Positions 28,847-38,364 are shown, counted from the stretch's first letter. The stretch: 64,000 nucleotides of DNA from Candidatus Onthovivens merdipullorum (GCA_017694345.1 JADIMY010000117.1:17865-81864); one strand, 5' to 3'. Notes: generated from the sequence alone by a model not told the origin. Numbers and translations are program-made.

Positions 28847-30070
28847 TTATTCGTGATAGTTTGGTAAAAAGAGTTGCCAATAAATAGGTTTTTCTTTATT
28901 AACTAAAGTAATTATAATCATGTTAATGTTGTCTAAAACGATTATTACTCCTAAAGTTACCGTAATCCAAAAAGCAACATTATAGCTTACTGATTTTTCA
29001 AATATCTTGATTAAAGGGGTAAACAAAAACGCCATTAAAGCATATGCTCCAAAGCCATATCCTAAAGCAGGAATTAAACCTGTATATTTAGTAAAATGTA
29101 ATGGAATATTTGAATAATCCCATAAATGTAACCTTGTAGTTGCTTCGTAAAACCATCCAATAGCCAGCTCACCTGCAAAAACAAAAACTGCAGTTGTTAA
29201 AAAATAAGCAATGTGTGAAATTAATTTTGTATTTATAGTTTCAACTTTAAAAACTTTATAACCAAAAAATCTAAAATTGTTTGGTGTTCCTAAAGCTAGA
29301 TACATCGCAAATACCGCTAAACCATAAGGTGCAATAAATGGTAAAAATTGATATCGATTATCTATTACTCCTAAACTTATCGCTCGAACAATATTTTCTG
29401 CAATCCAGCCTAAAAAGCTAGCAACAATCATCACTAATGCAACATAAACAAAATATGTGGTGTGCATTTTAAAATGTTTATTTTCTAAAGTTATTATTCT
29501 TCTTCTAAAATTTAAAGCATCTTTAAAATATTCGCTCATCTTTATATATCCATCCATATTTGGATGAATTGTGTCACCTAAAAATTGATTAACATTTTCT
29601 TTAAAATATTTATCATGATAAAAATCTAGAATAAGAAACTTTTTCCTTTTACGCAGTGTATTAAGTTTTAAAATCATATCTTCATAAATTGGATTATCAA
29701 AACATAGTGATGTAAAAAAGATAATCTTTGCTTTTGTTTTTTCTTTTATTAAGTCGATTATGTTATTAATTGCTCCAAAAGTTGTTTCAGGATTAGTATC
29801 TTCGCAATTTCCAATTTCAATATTATTTTCTTTATTTAAATCATTGGTCGATAATTGAATAACAAAATAATTGTAATCTTTAAAATTATTGATGTTTTTA
29901 CTTAATCTTTCGAAATAAGAATTCTCTTTTTTTGTAGATAAAGTTGTTCCACTTATTGCATCTTTATAAACTAAAGCTCTTTTATCTTTTTTTATAATAT
30001 CACAAAAAGAAATACCATTAGTTAAATAGCCTTCAGTAATACTACTACCTAAAAAGTAAATCTTTTTCAT
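28847..30070 (-). CDS. SGNH/GDSL hydrolase fused to a C-terminal polytopic membrane domain
   Basis: The N-terminus has SGNH blocks (IYFLGSSITEGY; GDTIHPN) and the C-terminal ~200 aa has 6-7 TM helices. The ATG at 30070 (MKKIYF) and the track's TTG at 30091 both lack an obvious RBS, so the start is uncertain. Confidence 0.55.
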   Translation of the reverse strand: MKKIYFLGSSITEGYLTNGISFCDIIKKDKRALVYKDAISGTTLSTKKENSYFERLSKNINNFKDYNYFVIQLSTNDLNKENNIEIGNCEDTNPETTFGAINNIIDLIKEKTKAKIIFFTSLCFDNPIYEDMILKLNTLRKRKKFLILDFYHDKYFKENVNQFLGDTIHPNMDGYIKMSEYFKDALNFRRRIITLENKHFKMHTTYFVYVALVMIVASFLGWIAENIVRAISLGVIDNRYQFLPFIAPYGLAVFAMYLALGTPNNFRFFGYKVFKVETINTKLISHIAYFLTTAVFVFAGELAIGWFYEATTRLHLWDYSNIPLHFTKYTGLIPALGYGFGAYALMAFLFTPLIKIFEKSVSYNVAFWITVTLGVIIVLDNINMIIITLVNKEKPIYWQLFLPNYHE

Positions 30071-30074
30071 ATTT

Positions 30075-31505
30075 TTAATAAGCTCTAGCAAATAATACTA
30101 CATATTTAGCTTTTTTACCACAAACAGGGCAAGTATCATCAAAAGGTAATTCATCAAAAGGGATACATCTAGCAGTTGCTTGATAAAGTTCTTTAATTTT
30201 ATCTTCGCAAGATTGATCACCACACCACATCATCTTAGCGTAACCACCTTTATCTAAAGCTTCTTTCAGTTCATCTAAAGAATGAACTTCTCTTATATTT
30301 TCTAGTAAATTAATAAGGGCTTTTTTATACATTAAAGAATGAATATTAGCTAATTCTTTAGTAATATTTGTTACAAAATTATCGTCAATTCCTAAAAATT
30401 CTTTATTGTGATCGACTCTTCTAACAATAACAGCATGGTTTTTCTCAACATCTTTAGGACCGATTTCAATTCTTAAAGGTACACCTTTCATTTCATATTC
30501 ATTGAATTTCCATCCTGGTGTCTTATCCGATTTATCTAGTTTTGCCCTAAACCCAGCTTTTGTTAAAATTTCTAATACTTCATTGCATTTATCCATTACT
30601 CCTGATTTAGCCATTTGAATTGGAATAATTACAATTTGTGTAGGAGCGACATAAGGTGGCAAAACTAAGCCATTATCATCGCCATGAACCATTATAATTG
30701 CTCCAATTAATCTAGTCGAAACACCAAAAGATGTTTGATATGGAACTTTTATCTTCCCATCACTATCTAAATAGTTAACACCAAAAGCTTTAGCAAAGCC
30801 ATCGCCAAAGTAATGACTTGTCCCACTTTGAAGAGCTTTACCATCGTGCATTAAAGCTTCAATTGAATAAGTCTCTAAAGCCCCAGCAAACTTTTCTTTA
30901 TCGGTTTTTCTACCTTTAACAAAAGGAATAGCTAATAAATCCCTTCCCATCTTGTCATAAACTTCGAGCATTTTTAAAGCTTCTTCTTTTGCTTCATCGC
31001 TTGTTCTATGCATTGTGTGACCTTCTTGCCACAAAAATTCACTCCCTCTAAGAAATGGTCTAGTTGTTTTTTCCCATCTAACTACATTGCACCATTGATT
31101 ATAGAGTTTTGGTAAATCACGATAACTTTTAATAATTTTCGCATAGTGATTTGTAAATAAACATTCACTTGTTGGTCTAATAATTAAGCGATCTTGAATT
31201 TCTTGATTTCCACCGATTGTAGCAATTAATGTTTCAGGAGCAAAACCTTCGACATGTTCTTTTTCTTTATTAAATAAAGATTCGTTAATTACTAAAGGTA
31301 AATAGACATTTTCGTGTCCAGTCTTCTTAAATTCTTTATCTAAATAATTTTGTATTTCTTCCCAAATAGCATAGCCGTATGGACGATAAATAATAAATCC
31401 CTTAACATCGCTATAATCCATTAATTCAGCTTTCTTACATACATCTGTATACCACTGAGCAAAATCGACATCTCTACTAGTAATTTCTTTATTTTTTGTT
31501 TCCAT
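30075..31505 (-). CDS. proS: proline--tRNA ligase, archaeal/eukaryotic type (no editing insertion)
   Basis: The 476-aa class II core has a C-terminal zinc-binding tail (CPVCGKKA...Y) and no bacterial INS editing domain. Confidence 0.9.
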   Translation of the reverse strand: METKNKEITSRDVDFAQWYTDVCKKAELMDYSDVKGFIIYRPYGYAIWEEIQNYLDKEFKKTGHENVYLPLVINESLFNKEKEHVEGFAPETLIATIGGNQEIQDRLIIRPTSECLFTNHYAKIIKSYRDLPKLYNQWCNVVRWEKTTRPFLRGSEFLWQEGHTMHRTSDEAKEEALKMLEVYDKMGRDLLAIPFVKGRKTDKEKFAGALETYSIEALMHDGKALQSGTSHYFGDGFAKAFGVNYLDSDGKIKVPYQTSFGVSTRLIGAIIMVHGDDNGLVLPPYVAPTQIVIIPIQMAKSGVMDKCNEVLEILTKAGFRAKLDKSDKTPGWKFNEYEMKGVPLRIEIGPKDVEKNHAVIVRRVDHNKEFLGIDDNFVTNITKELANIHSLMYKKALINLLENIREVHSLDELKEALDKGGYAKMMWCGDQSCEDKIKELYQATARCIPFDELPFDDTCPVCGKKAKYVVLFARAY

Positions 31506-33279
31506 TGTTATCTCCTTTATACATATTCAGTAACTTTTTAATAATTTTTTTATCTACAGGTGTCGGCATTGGTTTTTTAGGTGCGATTGCATCGCTAGAA
31601 AAATACTCAATTCCACTTTTAACTAGCATTTCAACAGCAGGTAAAGATTTAGAATCATACGACACCATCTTAGAAGTACTAAATTTAGAAAGTCTTCCTA
31701 AATCCATCGTTGCTTTAATAAAATTAGGCGAACTAACTTTAACATTGTCTCCAAATTCACAATCAAAAAAGAAATAATCAAATAAACGATATGTTTTATC
31801 TTTTAAGTTATAAGCATCCGTATACAAAAATAAAGCAATTTCAAAACCTTTTTCTTTTAAATTTTTAAGACTTTTAATAAGTGTTTCATTATTTTCATTA
31901 TCAATCAATTCACTAACATTAAATCCTAAAATTAAATTATTTGAAAAATCATTATAATGACTTAAATTTTTAGAAGCGATATCGATTAAATCTACACCAA
32001 CATTTAATAAAAGTTTAGAACTTCCTTCTTTTTCTTCTTTAAATACCGTGATAACTTTTTGAATCATAATCGAAAAAACTTCTTTTTTCTTATCATACTT
32101 AATCGCATATTTTTTAAATTGATCAAAAGATGTAAAAATCGAATTATTTAGCTCTAAAAAAGACATGTATCCAAGAGTTATAACTCTAGTATTAGCAATA
32201 TGGACGATTGGTCTAAATAAAGCCGTGATTTTTTGACTTCTTATGACATTTAAAACTTCTAATCGATAATTATCGATATTTAAATTATTCTTTTGTTTTC
32301 GATCATAAATTGTGTATTTCTTTTTCTCATTTTTATCTAAATTAGTAACTTTATACATAGTATTTAAGCAATTTTCAAAAGTTAAACTATCGAGATCTTT
32401 AGTTAAACTTGCGTAAATATAGTAGTCAAAATTTTCAGTTAACCCATATATCTCCAAACTTTTTTCAATCTTATTTTTAAGTAACTCAAGATTAGAACAT
32501 AACCCATACGATTCATTAGGTAAATTACTTCTATTATCGACAAAAATAATTTCATCTTGTTTACTTTCTGGTAGATAAAATAAAGTTTTTGTAATATTTT
32601 TTTCCTCAGCGATAATATTTAAAACTAAATAACGAAGTTCATCAAAATTTGTTAAACAAGGTATATTAGTCTTTTTGTTAAATTTAATGATATAAAAAGC
32701 GGCTTTAGAATAGTTACCAGTTTTAAAAGCTTCTTTTATTTCGGTAAGATTATAAATTATTTTTTTAGATATCGTTCTTTTTTCAGTTATTACACTAAAA
32801 GGAATATTTGAAAGAGATTTTTCTTCGATAGTAATACCTCTATTTTTATAGTCAACATTGGAACAAACAAAAAGTTTAGAAACTAAATATATCGATTTAT
32901 TCTTTTTTACTTTATAAAGGACTCTTCTCACTGAATTAGTTAAATTTTTATTTTCTTCAATTGGCTCATCGACAAATTTAACAAGCCATTTATATAATTT
33001 TTTAGTTTCGTCAAATTCATCTAAATAACTATCTAAGCTCTTTTTTGTTTTCTTCTTTAAGTTTTTAATATTAAAAACAACTGCTGTATCATTTTTAAAA
33101 TTAATTAAAACTTTTCTTTCAAAATCTTGTTTTTTTAAAGTTACATTTTTAAATTTTTTAGCTTTTAGATAAAGCGACAAAAAATATAAACCAAACAAAG
33201 CAATTATCACTATTGCTAGGATGATGAATATATAAATTGCAATTATTTCATTAGTGTCTAAAAAAATAGTTAAATGCAT
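31489..33279 (-). CDS. membrane-anchored protein with degenerate EAL-like domain
   Basis: It has an N-terminal TM helix. The C-terminal ~250 aa follow the EAL topology (FRPIV...GYMSFLEL; LLNVGV; FLYTDAYN; GIEYFSSD) with several catalytic positions substituted. It is 596 aa. Confidence 0.45.
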   Translation of the reverse strand: MHLTIFLDTNEIIAIYIFIILAIVIIALFGLYFLSLYLKAKKFKNVTLKKQDFERKVLINFKNDTAVVFNIKNLKKKTKKSLDSYLDEFDETKKLYKWLVKFVDEPIEENKNLTNSVRRVLYKVKKNKSIYLVSKLFVCSNVDYKNRGITIEEKSLSNIPFSVITEKRTISKKIIYNLTEIKEAFKTGNYSKAAFYIIKFNKKTNIPCLTNFDELRYLVLNIIAEEKNITKTLFYLPESKQDEIIFVDNRSNLPNESYGLCSNLELLKNKIEKSLEIYGLTENFDYYIYASLTKDLDSLTFENCLNTMYKVTNLDKNEKKKYTIYDRKQKNNLNIDNYRLEVLNVIRSQKITALFRPIVHIANTRVITLGYMSFLELNNSIFTSFDQFKKYAIKYDKKKEVFSIMIQKVITVFKEEKEGSSKLLLNVGVDLIDIASKNLSHYNDFSNNLILGFNVSELIDNENNETLIKSLKNLKEKGFEIALFLYTDAYNLKDKTYRLFDYFFFDCEFGDNVKVSSPNFIKATMDLGRLSKFSTSKMVSYDSKSLPAVEMLVKSGIEYFSSDAIAPKKPMPTPVDKKIIKKLLNMYKGDNNGNKK

Positions 33280-33283
33280 AACT

Positions 33284-33313
33284 AAAAGTATACACTAAAA
33301 GTGTATGCTTTTA
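33284..33313. terminator. terminator-like hairpin abutting the EAL-like gene start
   Basis: The sequence AAAAGTATACACT-AAAA-AGTGTATGCTTTT forms a 10-bp stem (one G-U) with flanking A and T runs. It lies 5 nt from the ATG at 33279, leaving no room for an RBS. Confidence 0.35.
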
Positions 33314-33375
33314 TAGTTGAAAGATAAAACTTGATATATCAAAATCGAATATTTTTTATTAAAATAAGTGTTACT

Positions 33376-33465
33376 GGAGAAATACCCAAGTGGTTTAAGG
33401 GGACGGTCTCGAAAACCGTTAGGAGTGAATAGCTCGCAGGGGTTCAAATCCCCTTTTCTCCGCCA
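33376..33465 (+). tRNA. tRNA-Ser (anticodon CGA)
   Basis: It has a GGAGAAA/TTTCTCC acceptor stem, a CTCGAAA anticodon loop, a long variable arm, the TTCAAAT T-loop and an encoded CCA. Confidence 0.9.
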
Positions 33466-33537
33466 AAGAGTCGGAATTAAGTATTCAAAATTATTATTTT
33501 ATACGAGTCCATTTTAAATAAAAGTGTTTATAAATTA

Positions 33538-33568
33538 TTAAAAAGCCTGCAAAACTCAATTATTTTAT
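33538..33568 (+). repeat. copy b of the ~30-bp intergenic motif
   Basis: The sequence TTAAAAAGCCTGCAAAACTCAATTATTTTAT overlaps the last 3 codons and stop of the YitT-like gene. Confidence 0.6.
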
Positions 33569-34639
33569 AGGTTTTCTAAAGAATTTACCATAAACTTGAG
33601 CCATTGGGAAAACATTTATAAAAGCTTTATTATCAATTTCTTTAACTATTTTTATAACTTTTTTAACTTCACTTTTTCTAACTGAAACATGAATAACAAA
33701 TAAATCGTTTCCACTATAACCGCCTTTACCATTTATAATAGTACATCCATGAGGAATAGCAGCAATTATAGATTGAGATAAATTATAGTTAGGAGTAATT
33801 ATTTGAATTTCAAATTTCTTATTGGTTGTATTAATTTGATCAACAACAAAAGAAATAACAATCATATACATAACTGTAAATAAGAAAATAATGATTGCCG
33901 TTGCTGGTTCTACGCTTTGTAAATCTGGATTAGGAAACAATTCGGTATTTACTGGAATTACAGATAATATCGAATAAATACCAACTACAAATAAGTTAAA
34001 TAAAGCACTATATTTTCCTATTTGAACAGACTTTCTTTCGCTTATATAAAAAGCAATAATATCTGTTCCACCGGCGGTAGAATCTATTAAATAAGCTAAA
34101 GCACTAGCAATACCTGTACATGAAGCAGCAAAAATAACTCTAGCAACTGTCTCTGTCGCCATTTGAGTAGCAATTAAATTTAAAATATTATTTGGATCAG
34201 TGCTTTTAAGCAAAATACCAAATCCTGAAGCACAAGCAACATTAAGTAAAGAATAAATCGCAAATTTTTTACCTACTTTAAAAAATCCCAAGAAAAATAA
34301 AGGAACATTTACAACAAAATAAAATATCCAATACATCAAATTAAACTAAAAGTCGTTTGCAACAAAACCAGCCCCACATAATTTTAAAATAGCGACCAAA
34401 GATTGAGAGATTCCACTAGCTCCACAACTTGCTAAATGATAAATAGTTACCTCGTTAGCTACTTCAGCTGGAATTACATCAAAATTAGGTTGAATAAAAC
34501 AATTAAATCCAAAAGCGAAGATAAAACCACTTAAAATAGTGACTAATATCATCCAAGTATTATTGAGTATTGAGTTTTGAACTGGGTGATCGTAGAAGTA
34601 ATTTTTAACTTTCTTTTTTAATCTAATAAAAGCATACAT
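33560..34639 (-). pseudogene. YitT-family (DUF161+DUF2179) membrane protein interrupted by one in-frame TAG
   Basis: The ORFs at 34346..34639 and 33560..34339 are in the same frame (...VANDF-TAG-FNL-MMYWIF...). Together they give the full YitT architecture, and no RBS precedes the downstream ATG. Confidence 0.6.
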
Positions 34640-34804
34640 AAGATTAGCAATATTATGTATTTTTTGAAATTCATTCTCAATAATTTTTTTAGATAAATTT
34701 TGTATGTTTATATATTTATAATATATAAAGATAAAATTTTTTCTTGTCTAGACTTCTTTTAAGTGGTATATTTTTTATTGATTATGAAAAATGAGGTATT
34801 TTAA

Positions 34805-35701
34805 ATGAAGTTTTTACAAATAATTGCTAGTCCTTTCATTAAATTATGGACATGGATTAAAGAAACCGCTTGGGTACAACCATTACTTATCGTTGGGTGT
34901 ATATTTGCAGTTATCTTCTCAATTCCTTATATCGTTCGTGGTATACAAAATATTTCTACTGATGAAGAAAATAATATGCAATATTATGAAGATCACAGTC
35001 TTTCAATGATGGGTGCTTACCATAGAGAAGGCGATGCTTATAATTTCTTAACTGCATATCAAGATGTTCAAAATAGCTTTGAAACATATAAAAATACTGA
35101 AAGCTCAGAAGAAGAAAAAACAACTGCTAAAACAGAAATTGATGAATTTGTCGATACTTATGGTGATAAATTTTTCTTTACATTAAGTAAAGACGATTGT
35201 GAAGCTTGTGACCAAATGGGTGAAGCATTCGAATATTTGCAAAATAATGCAAGTGATTTAAATGTTGAAGGATTTGATTTAAAAACTATCATTGTTGATC
35301 AAGACATGGGTGATGAAAGCGATAGATATGAAGAAATAAGTGCTTTCGAATCTCTATATAATTCTACATCAGGTGCATTTGATGAATTTTATTTAGCTGG
35401 ACTTCGTGGTTCTTATTATAGTGCTTCTAGTAGCATTGATTACGATACATTAAAAACAAATTGTAATACTTTAGTTGCATCAGATGTTAGTTCAATGCAA
35501 GTACCTCTAGTTGTATTAATCGATTTATCTACTAACGAAAGTGGAGAATTTAACAATTTATCTCCTTATGTAGCTAGCCAAGTATTCTTTTCAGTTGATG
35601 GAGATACCGCTTCTAATAGAGCTTTACAACTAGCTGATGCTTGGAATTATAATGGTAAAATCTTTGGTTATAATCAAAGTAACAATAACTATACCGCTTA
35701 A
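34805..35701 (+). CDS. membrane-anchored acidic protein with a thioredoxin-like CxxC (CEAC) motif
   Basis: The 298-aa ORF has an N-terminal TM helix followed by a D/E/Y-rich extracytoplasmic region with FFFTLSKDDCEACDQ. Confidence 0.5.
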   Translation: MKFLQIIASPFIKLWTWIKETAWVQPLLIVGCIFAVIFSIPYIVRGIQNISTDEENNMQYYEDHSLSMMGAYHREGDAYNFLTAYQDVQNSFETYKNTESSEEEKTTAKTEIDEFVDTYGDKFFFTLSKDDCEACDQMGEAFEYLQNNASDLNVEGFDLKTIIVDQDMGDESDRYEEISAFESLYNSTSGAFDEFYLAGLRGSYYSASSSIDYDTLKTNCNTLVASDVSSMQVPLVVLIDLSTNESGEFNNLSPYVASQVFFSVDGDTASNRALQLADAWNYNGKIFGYNQSNNNYTA

Positions 35702-35734
35702 TTAAATAGTAATTATCATTTTGATATGCTTCCT

Positions 35735-35762
35735 AAAAAGCTTCCCTCCCGGGAAGTTTTTT
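35735..35762. terminator. bidirectional rho-independent terminator
   Basis: The sequence AAAAAG-CTTCCC-tccc-GGGAAG-TTTTTT is a perfect 6-bp GC stem between convergent genes. Confidence 0.6.
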
Positions 35763-35769
35763 ATAAGTT

Positions 35770-36249
35770 TTATTTATTTTTCTTTTTATAAAAATCTAAT
35801 ACTATTTTAGGTACTAAAGGAGTTATATCTACTCCACTAAAATAAAGTTCATCAATAGTTGAACTAGAAATAAAAGTGTTAGCACGATGAGACATCAAAA
35901 AAACCATTTCGATATCTCGATCAATATATTCATTAGCAGCAGCAAGTTGCCATTCATATTCAAAATCACTAACAACTCTTATACCTCTAATTAAAGCAAT
36001 CGCCCCTTTTGCTTTAGCATATTCTACGGTTATTCCTTCATAACTATCTACTTTAACATTTTTATAACCTTTAATAGCTTCTTTAATCATCTCTACTCTT
36101 TCATTAACACTAAATCGAGATACTTTGCTTTTATTCTGAGCAACCAAAATAATTACTTCATCAAATAATTTACTAGCTCTATTAATTATATCTAAGTGTC
36201 CGTTAGTAATAGGATCAAAACTTCCAGGATAAATACCAATTCTACTCAT
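35770..36249 (-). CDS. coaD: phosphopantetheine adenylyltransferase
   Basis: It has the GIYPGSFDPITNGHLDII (HxGH) motif and is 159 aa. Confidence 0.9.
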   Translation of the reverse strand: MSRIGIYPGSFDPITNGHLDIINRASKLFDEVIILVAQNKSKVSRFSVNERVEMIKEAIKGYKNVKVDSYEGITVEYAKAKGAIALIRGIRVVSDFEYEWQLAAANEYIDRDIEMVFLMSHRANTFISSSTIDELYFSGVDITPLVPKIVLDFYKKKNK

Positions 36250-36250
36250 A

Positions 36251-36793
36251 TTATTTACTCCTTAAAATGTACATTAAAGTTTTACTATATTTTAAAAGCT
36301 TAAAGTTAAATTTATCTAATAACTCTTTATCTAATTCTTTATCTCTTTCGATAATTATCACTGAATCTAAATTAATTATATTTAATTTATATAAATTATT
36401 AACAAATTCTAAATCGATATTATAAATATATGGAGGATCAATAAATACATAATTAAAACTATTGTTTATTTTATTTATAACTTTATAAAAATCATCAAAA
36501 TGTGTGCAAATCTCAGTTATTTTTAAAGAATTTAAATTATTTTTAATAGTTTTTATAGCTTCTAAATTATTCTCTATTAAAGTAACTTTGGCGCCTCTAC
36601 TATATGCTTCAATCGCAATAGCTCCACTTCCACTAAAACAATCTAAGAATGTTTTATTTTTAATATCGCCTAAAGAATTAAATAAACCTTCTTTAGCGAT
36701 ATCTTTAGTTGCTCTAGTAATATTTAAAGGAGGTTGTTCTAATTTTCTTCTTTTATAAATTCCACCAACAACTCTAAGCATCAATATCTCCAA
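36251..36793 (-). CDS. rsmD: 16S rRNA (guanine966-N2)-methyltransferase
   Basis: It has the DPPY motif and a SAM motif (LDCFSGSGA). It lies 1 nt upstream of coaD as in Bacillus (ylbH). Confidence 0.85.
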   Translation of the reverse strand: MEILMLRVVGGIYKRRKLEQPPLNITRATKDIAKEGLFNSLGDIKNKTFLDCFSGSGAIAIEAYSRGAKVTLIENNLEAIKTIKNNLNSLKITEICTHFDDFYKVINKINNSFNYVFIDPPYIYNIDLEFVNNLYKLNIINLDSVIIIERDKELDKELLDKFNFKLLKYSKTLMYILRSK

Positions 36794-37115
36794 ATAATTC
36801 TTTATCTATTTCGTTATAGATTTTATTAAGTTTATCAAGTTTTTCTTTATAATCTTTTACTAAAGGATGATTATTTAATTCATAAATTCTATTAGATAAA
36901 ACTTTAGAAGATTCCAAAACTTCTTTAGAATTTTTACTAAAATGTTTTAAATTATCCTCATAATCCATAATCGCTAAATCTTTATAATAAGAAAGAAGTT
37001 TAACTTCATCATCGTTTTCCATTTTTAGTTCGCTATCAATAGCATCTTTATATTCTTTCAAATTATGTATTAAATCTTTAAGCTCAAAACATTTATTAAT
37101 TAATTCAATATCCAT
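36774..37115 (-). CDS. YlbF/YmcA-family (RicA/RicF-like) small helical protein
   Basis: The 113-aa ORF has a C-terminal pattern (NHPLVKDYKEKLDKLNKIYNEI) resembling the YlbF/YmcA family, and it sits upstream of rsmD as ylbF/ylbG do. Confidence 0.4.
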   Translation of the reverse strand: MDIELINKCFELKDLIHNLKEYKDAIDSELKMENDDEVKLLSYYKDLAIMDYEDNLKHFSKNSKEVLESSKVLSNRIYELNNHPLVKDYKEKLDKLNKIYNEIDKELFGDIDA

Positions 37116-37171
37116 ATTTTAATGATAGCATAGACCTACATTTTTTTAATAAATAAAGATATAATATTTTT

Positions 37172-37717
37172 ATGAAAATTTTTAAAATTGTAAAAGATAA
37201 CAAAAAAAGTTTAAGAGAAAAATCATTAGAAATAACATTCCCTTTAGATAAAGAATTAGAAGATACTTTACTTGATATGGTTGAATATTTAAAAATTAGT
37301 CAAAATGACGAATTAGCTAAAAAGTATCATCTTCGAGGTGGTGTAGGATTAGCTGCTCCACAAATTGGAATAAATAAAAGAATGTTAGCAATTTATGTGG
37401 AAATGGACGAAAAAGTATACGAATATGCTTTAATAAACCCTAAAATAATCTCTGAATCAGCAAAACTTACTTATTTACAAGGTGGAGAAGGCTGTTTATC
37501 AGTAGATTCCGAACATAATGGTTATGTTTATCGTCACTACAAAATAAAAGTTCAAGCTTTTAATTTATTAACTAATAAAGAAGAAATTTTAGAATTTAAA
37601 GGATATTTAGCAATTATTGCTCAACACGAAATAGATCATCTAGATGGTGTTTTGTTCTATGATCGCATCAATAAATTAAATCCTTTTGAAGTTAGAAAAA
37701 ATAGCATTGCTATTTAA
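37172..37717 (+). CDS. def: peptide deformylase
   Basis: It has all three deformylase motifs: GVGLAAPQIG, EGCLS and HEIDHLDG. Confidence 0.9.
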   Translation: MKIFKIVKDNKKSLREKSLEITFPLDKELEDTLLDMVEYLKISQNDELAKKYHLRGGVGLAAPQIGINKRMLAIYVEMDEKVYEYALINPKIISESAKLTYLQGGEGCLSVDSEHNGYVYRHYKIKVQAFNLLTNKEEILEFKGYLAIIAQHEIDHLDGVLFYDRINKLNPFEVRKNSIAI

Positions 37718-38279
37718 TAGAGCTATTATATTGATATATTTTATTTAGTTTATAAATATAGTCGGATAGTTCAGTTGTCGAAGTATCACATTTTTGATTT
37801 ATCCGCATTTTAATAACACTAAAGCAACCTTCCATTAAAAATACATTAGTGTAATTAACAAACTTTTTATCATTTCCAGAAGTAGCATAATTATTATAAA
37901 AAATTTCTTCGATTATAGAATTCGTAAAAAGTTTCTTTGGAAAATTAGGATCAACATTGTTATTAATTAAAAGTTTAGCAAACTTATAATTATCTTTAAT
38001 ATAATCTAAAACTTTTTTTAATCTCTTCTTTAATGGAATATTAATATTCTTAGATTCATTAATATAGCTCATAATGTCTTCAATGAAACGGTCTTCCATG
38101 AACTGGAGTAATTCTATTTGAGAATTAAAATGTTTATAGAAAGTACTTCTATTTATACCTGCAACATCACATAATTCTTTAATTGAAACATTATAAATAC
38201 TCTTTTCTTCTAATAAAGAAATTAAAGCATCTTCTAATAATTTTATCGTTAATCTTGCTCTTTGATTTAACTCTACCAT
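37710..38279 (-). CDS. TetR-family transcriptional regulator
   Basis: It has an N-terminal HTH (VSIKELCDVAGINRSTFYKHF) and is 189 aa. It is divergent from the ABC transporter genes. Confidence 0.75.
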   Translation of the reverse strand: MVELNQRARLTIKLLEDALISLLEEKSIYNVSIKELCDVAGINRSTFYKHFNSQIELLQFMEDRFIEDIMSYINESKNINIPLKKRLKKVLDYIKDNYKFAKLLINNNVDPNFPKKLFTNSIIEEIFYNNYATSGNDKKFVNYTNVFLMEGCFSVIKMRINQKCDTSTTELSDYIYKLNKIYQYNSSIK

Positions 38280-38317
38280 ACTCCACTCCTATAAATGCAA
38301 CACTATAAAAAAATATG

Positions 38318-38364
38318 TTGATTTTATAACAAAATTATAGTCGTTATGTTGTTGTTAAATCAAC
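38318..38364. promoter_or_regulatory. inverted repeats in the TetR/ABC divergent intergenic region (candidate operator)
   Basis: One repeat is GTTGATTT...AAATCAAC and another is an internal TATAAcaaaaTTATA dyad. Confidence 0.25.

Noticed and set aside
30092-33279. T-box leader or other riboswitch associated with proS.
   Set aside because: proS is internal to an operon with overlapping neighbours. The only structured element (33284..33313) is a simple hairpin without a specifier/antiterminator architecture.
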